From: Callorhinchus milii
Lineage: Eukaryota
DNA: 64,000 bases
NCBI RefSeq assembly: GCF_018977255.1
Contig: NW_024704745.1
Location: forward strand, 46,500,001-46,564,000
Reading direction: 5' to 3'
Shown here: piece by piece, positions 63,801-64,000 of the stretch
How the letters are laid out: the number at the start of each line of letters is the position of its first letter
Numbering within the stretch: position 1 is the first letter of the stretch
The notes under the pieces: model-generated
Databases searched by the model: none
Told to the model about the DNA's origin: nothing
The model's input: the letters and a program-made list of their open reading frames with translations, nothing else
Translations under genes and position numbers: made by a program

Positions 63801-63889
63801 ATTGCGATGGGGCATTAGGTGAAGCTGATATCATAGAATTTCTTTCGCTGGAGAAGCTGGTCAATGAGAATAAATGTGTATGCCAAATT
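45795..63889 (+). CDS. ARL13B: ADP-ribosylation factor-like GTPase 13B, coding exons 1-4 (partial; gene continues past the window)
   Basis: Exons 45795-45853, 47244-47314, 48133-48382 and 63784-63889 (59/71/250/106 nt, same sizes as recalled for human). Protein [39 protein letters not shown], with C8/C9, R79, W82 and Y86 in register with human numbering. Confidence 0.97.
46105..46590 (+). mobile_element. Compound: old Deu-domain SINE interrupted by a younger SINE (~46250-46500)
   Basis: ttcaggtggatgttaaatatcccatggcactattc (Deu domain), then short-form SINE body, then a second tail. Confidence 0.75.
47244..47314 (+). CDS. ARL13B: ARL13B coding exon 2 (P-loop)
   Basis: [23 protein letters not shown]; tttag| and G|gtaaga. 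Confidence 0.96.
48133..48382 (+). CDS. ARL13B: ARL13B coding exon 3
   Basis: [41 protein letters not shown]; cacag| and GT|gtaagt. Confidence 0.97.
48612..50520 (-). mobile_element. L2, decayed, ~1.9 kb, antisense in ARL13B intron 3
   Basis: [26 protein letters not shown]; tail at 48612. Confidence 0.9.
50861..51074. mobile_element. Palindromic Penelope-like (PLE) pseudo-LTR hairpin element
   Basis: 94-bp arms 50867-50960 and 50973-51066 with 4 transition mismatches and a 12-nt spacer. The sequence type CTGATGAAGGG..CCCGAAACGTT..GATGCTGCCTGACCTGCTGAG is recognised as PLE-derived from recall. Confidence 0.65.
50967..51009 (+). ncRNA. Minimal type I hammerhead ribozyme motif
   Basis: Stem I GUGcGUU/GACuCAC (6 of 7 pairs), core CUGAUGA plus extra A, stem II GGGU-UGUGG-ACCC, GAAA, palindromic ACGU in place of helix III, cleavage triplet GUU. 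Confidence 0.6.
52740..53795 (+). mobile_element. L2 RT fragment, sense in ARL13B intron 3
   Basis: [32 protein letters not shown]. Confidence 0.9.
54473..55360 (-). CDS. STX19: Syntaxin-19 (single coding exon, nested antisense in ARL13B intron 3)
   Basis: 295-aa [12 protein letters not shown]..., syntaxin Habc and SNARE helix (QGDYIDNIE), no TM, Cys-rich C-terminus [13 protein letters not shown]. An acceptor ttttattttcacag| at 55467 suggests an upstream UTR exon. Confidence 0.95.
   Translation of the reverse strand: MKDRLQEFKQSIKEIDHTKKDNEANTKIEEDVVLKQQAIIFEKEPVLEHFLMDAQRMQEEINELNNNIKKLRYQSSTIMASMRRFSVIKKDNVSLIKDLKIQAESIHKHLDALSKDVKQSVVDFGADAVITRMKKNQHTLLLKQYEVTILEFNNVLIKKKENCKAFIQRQLEVVGKDISEEELNNMVEYNRWYVFNENFLHDIKITKSQLSEIEQRHKELRCLENQLKELQDLFLQTSILVQTQGDYIDNIEKTVMNTKEYTERATEEIKLAAKYRKKNPCRTLCCWCFPCFNIR
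55600..55852 (-). mobile_element. Ancient tRNA-headed DeuSINE with full Deu domain (SacSINE1/AmnSINE-like)
   Basis: On -: ggctcagttagcagcactc..ttcaggtggacatcaaagatccaatggcactattt; related fragments at 1165-1330(-), 11120-11430(+) and 27490-27732(+). Confidence 0.7.
60211..60432 (+). mobile_element. Young SINE with deleted core
   Basis: Intact head; the core jumps from tgtgggacat to gcgctatatc. Confidence 0.85.
62190..62450 (+). mobile_element. L2 3' end, older subfamily
   Basis: [17 protein letters not shown]; tail ..ggagggcgctatataaagccaag(ttg)n. Confidence 0.85.
63178..63507 (-). mobile_element. Young short-form SINE, full length
   Basis: Head at 63507, (AAT)n tail at 63178. Confidence 0.9.
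63784..63889 (+). CDS. ARL13B: ARL13B coding exon 4
   Basis: [35 protein letters not shown]; tttag| and |gtaagt. Confidence 0.96.
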
Positions 63890-64000
63890 GTAAGTAAGAA
63901 GCAAAATTTACTATTTAATGTTTAAGGTTTTTCTTAACAAAAATAATCCTTGCATTCACATCAAAACATCACAAAGAGTTTCTGAAATTGCTATTATATT

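Noticed and set aside
1-64000. CRISPR arrays, rRNA, snoRNA or miRNA genes
   Set aside because: No regularly spaced repeat-spacer array and no recognisable structured RNA gene other than the hammerhead motif; small RNAs cannot be excluded without covariance searches

Overview
Vertebrate genomic DNA, most likely a cartilaginous fish. This is inferred from the repeat landscape of tRNA-Ala-headed DeuSINEs, L2 and CR1 LINEs and a Penelope-type hairpin; the species cannot be fixed from sequence alone. Four protein-coding genes were reconstructed by hand from GT-AG boundaries with consistent phases. (1) A single-IgV type I membrane gene of VSTM5/CD2 type on + (20482-21862, cytoplasmic exon unresolved). 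(2) A complete 5-exon CD200/OX-2-like gene on - (36455-28262, 413 aa) with an atypical ~150-aa tyrosine-containing tail. (3) ARL13B coding exons 1-4 on + (45795-63889, continues beyond the window), downstream of a CpG island at ~43.5-44.1 kb. (4) STX19 nested antisense in ARL13B intron 3 (55360-54473). The first ~20 kb has no recognisable coding exon and is dominated by L2, SINE and CR1 copies. The main unexplained structures are a minimal hammerhead-ribozyme motif inside a 94-bp-arm palindrome in ARL13B intron 3, a perfect 90-bp-arm palindrome just upstream of the CD200-like ATG, a decayed duplicate V exon that keeps its splice acceptor, a ~650-bp element pair bracketing the CD200-like gene in inverted orientation, and covarying SINE/L2 3' tail hairpins. 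Repeat boundaries and identities are by-eye estimates.
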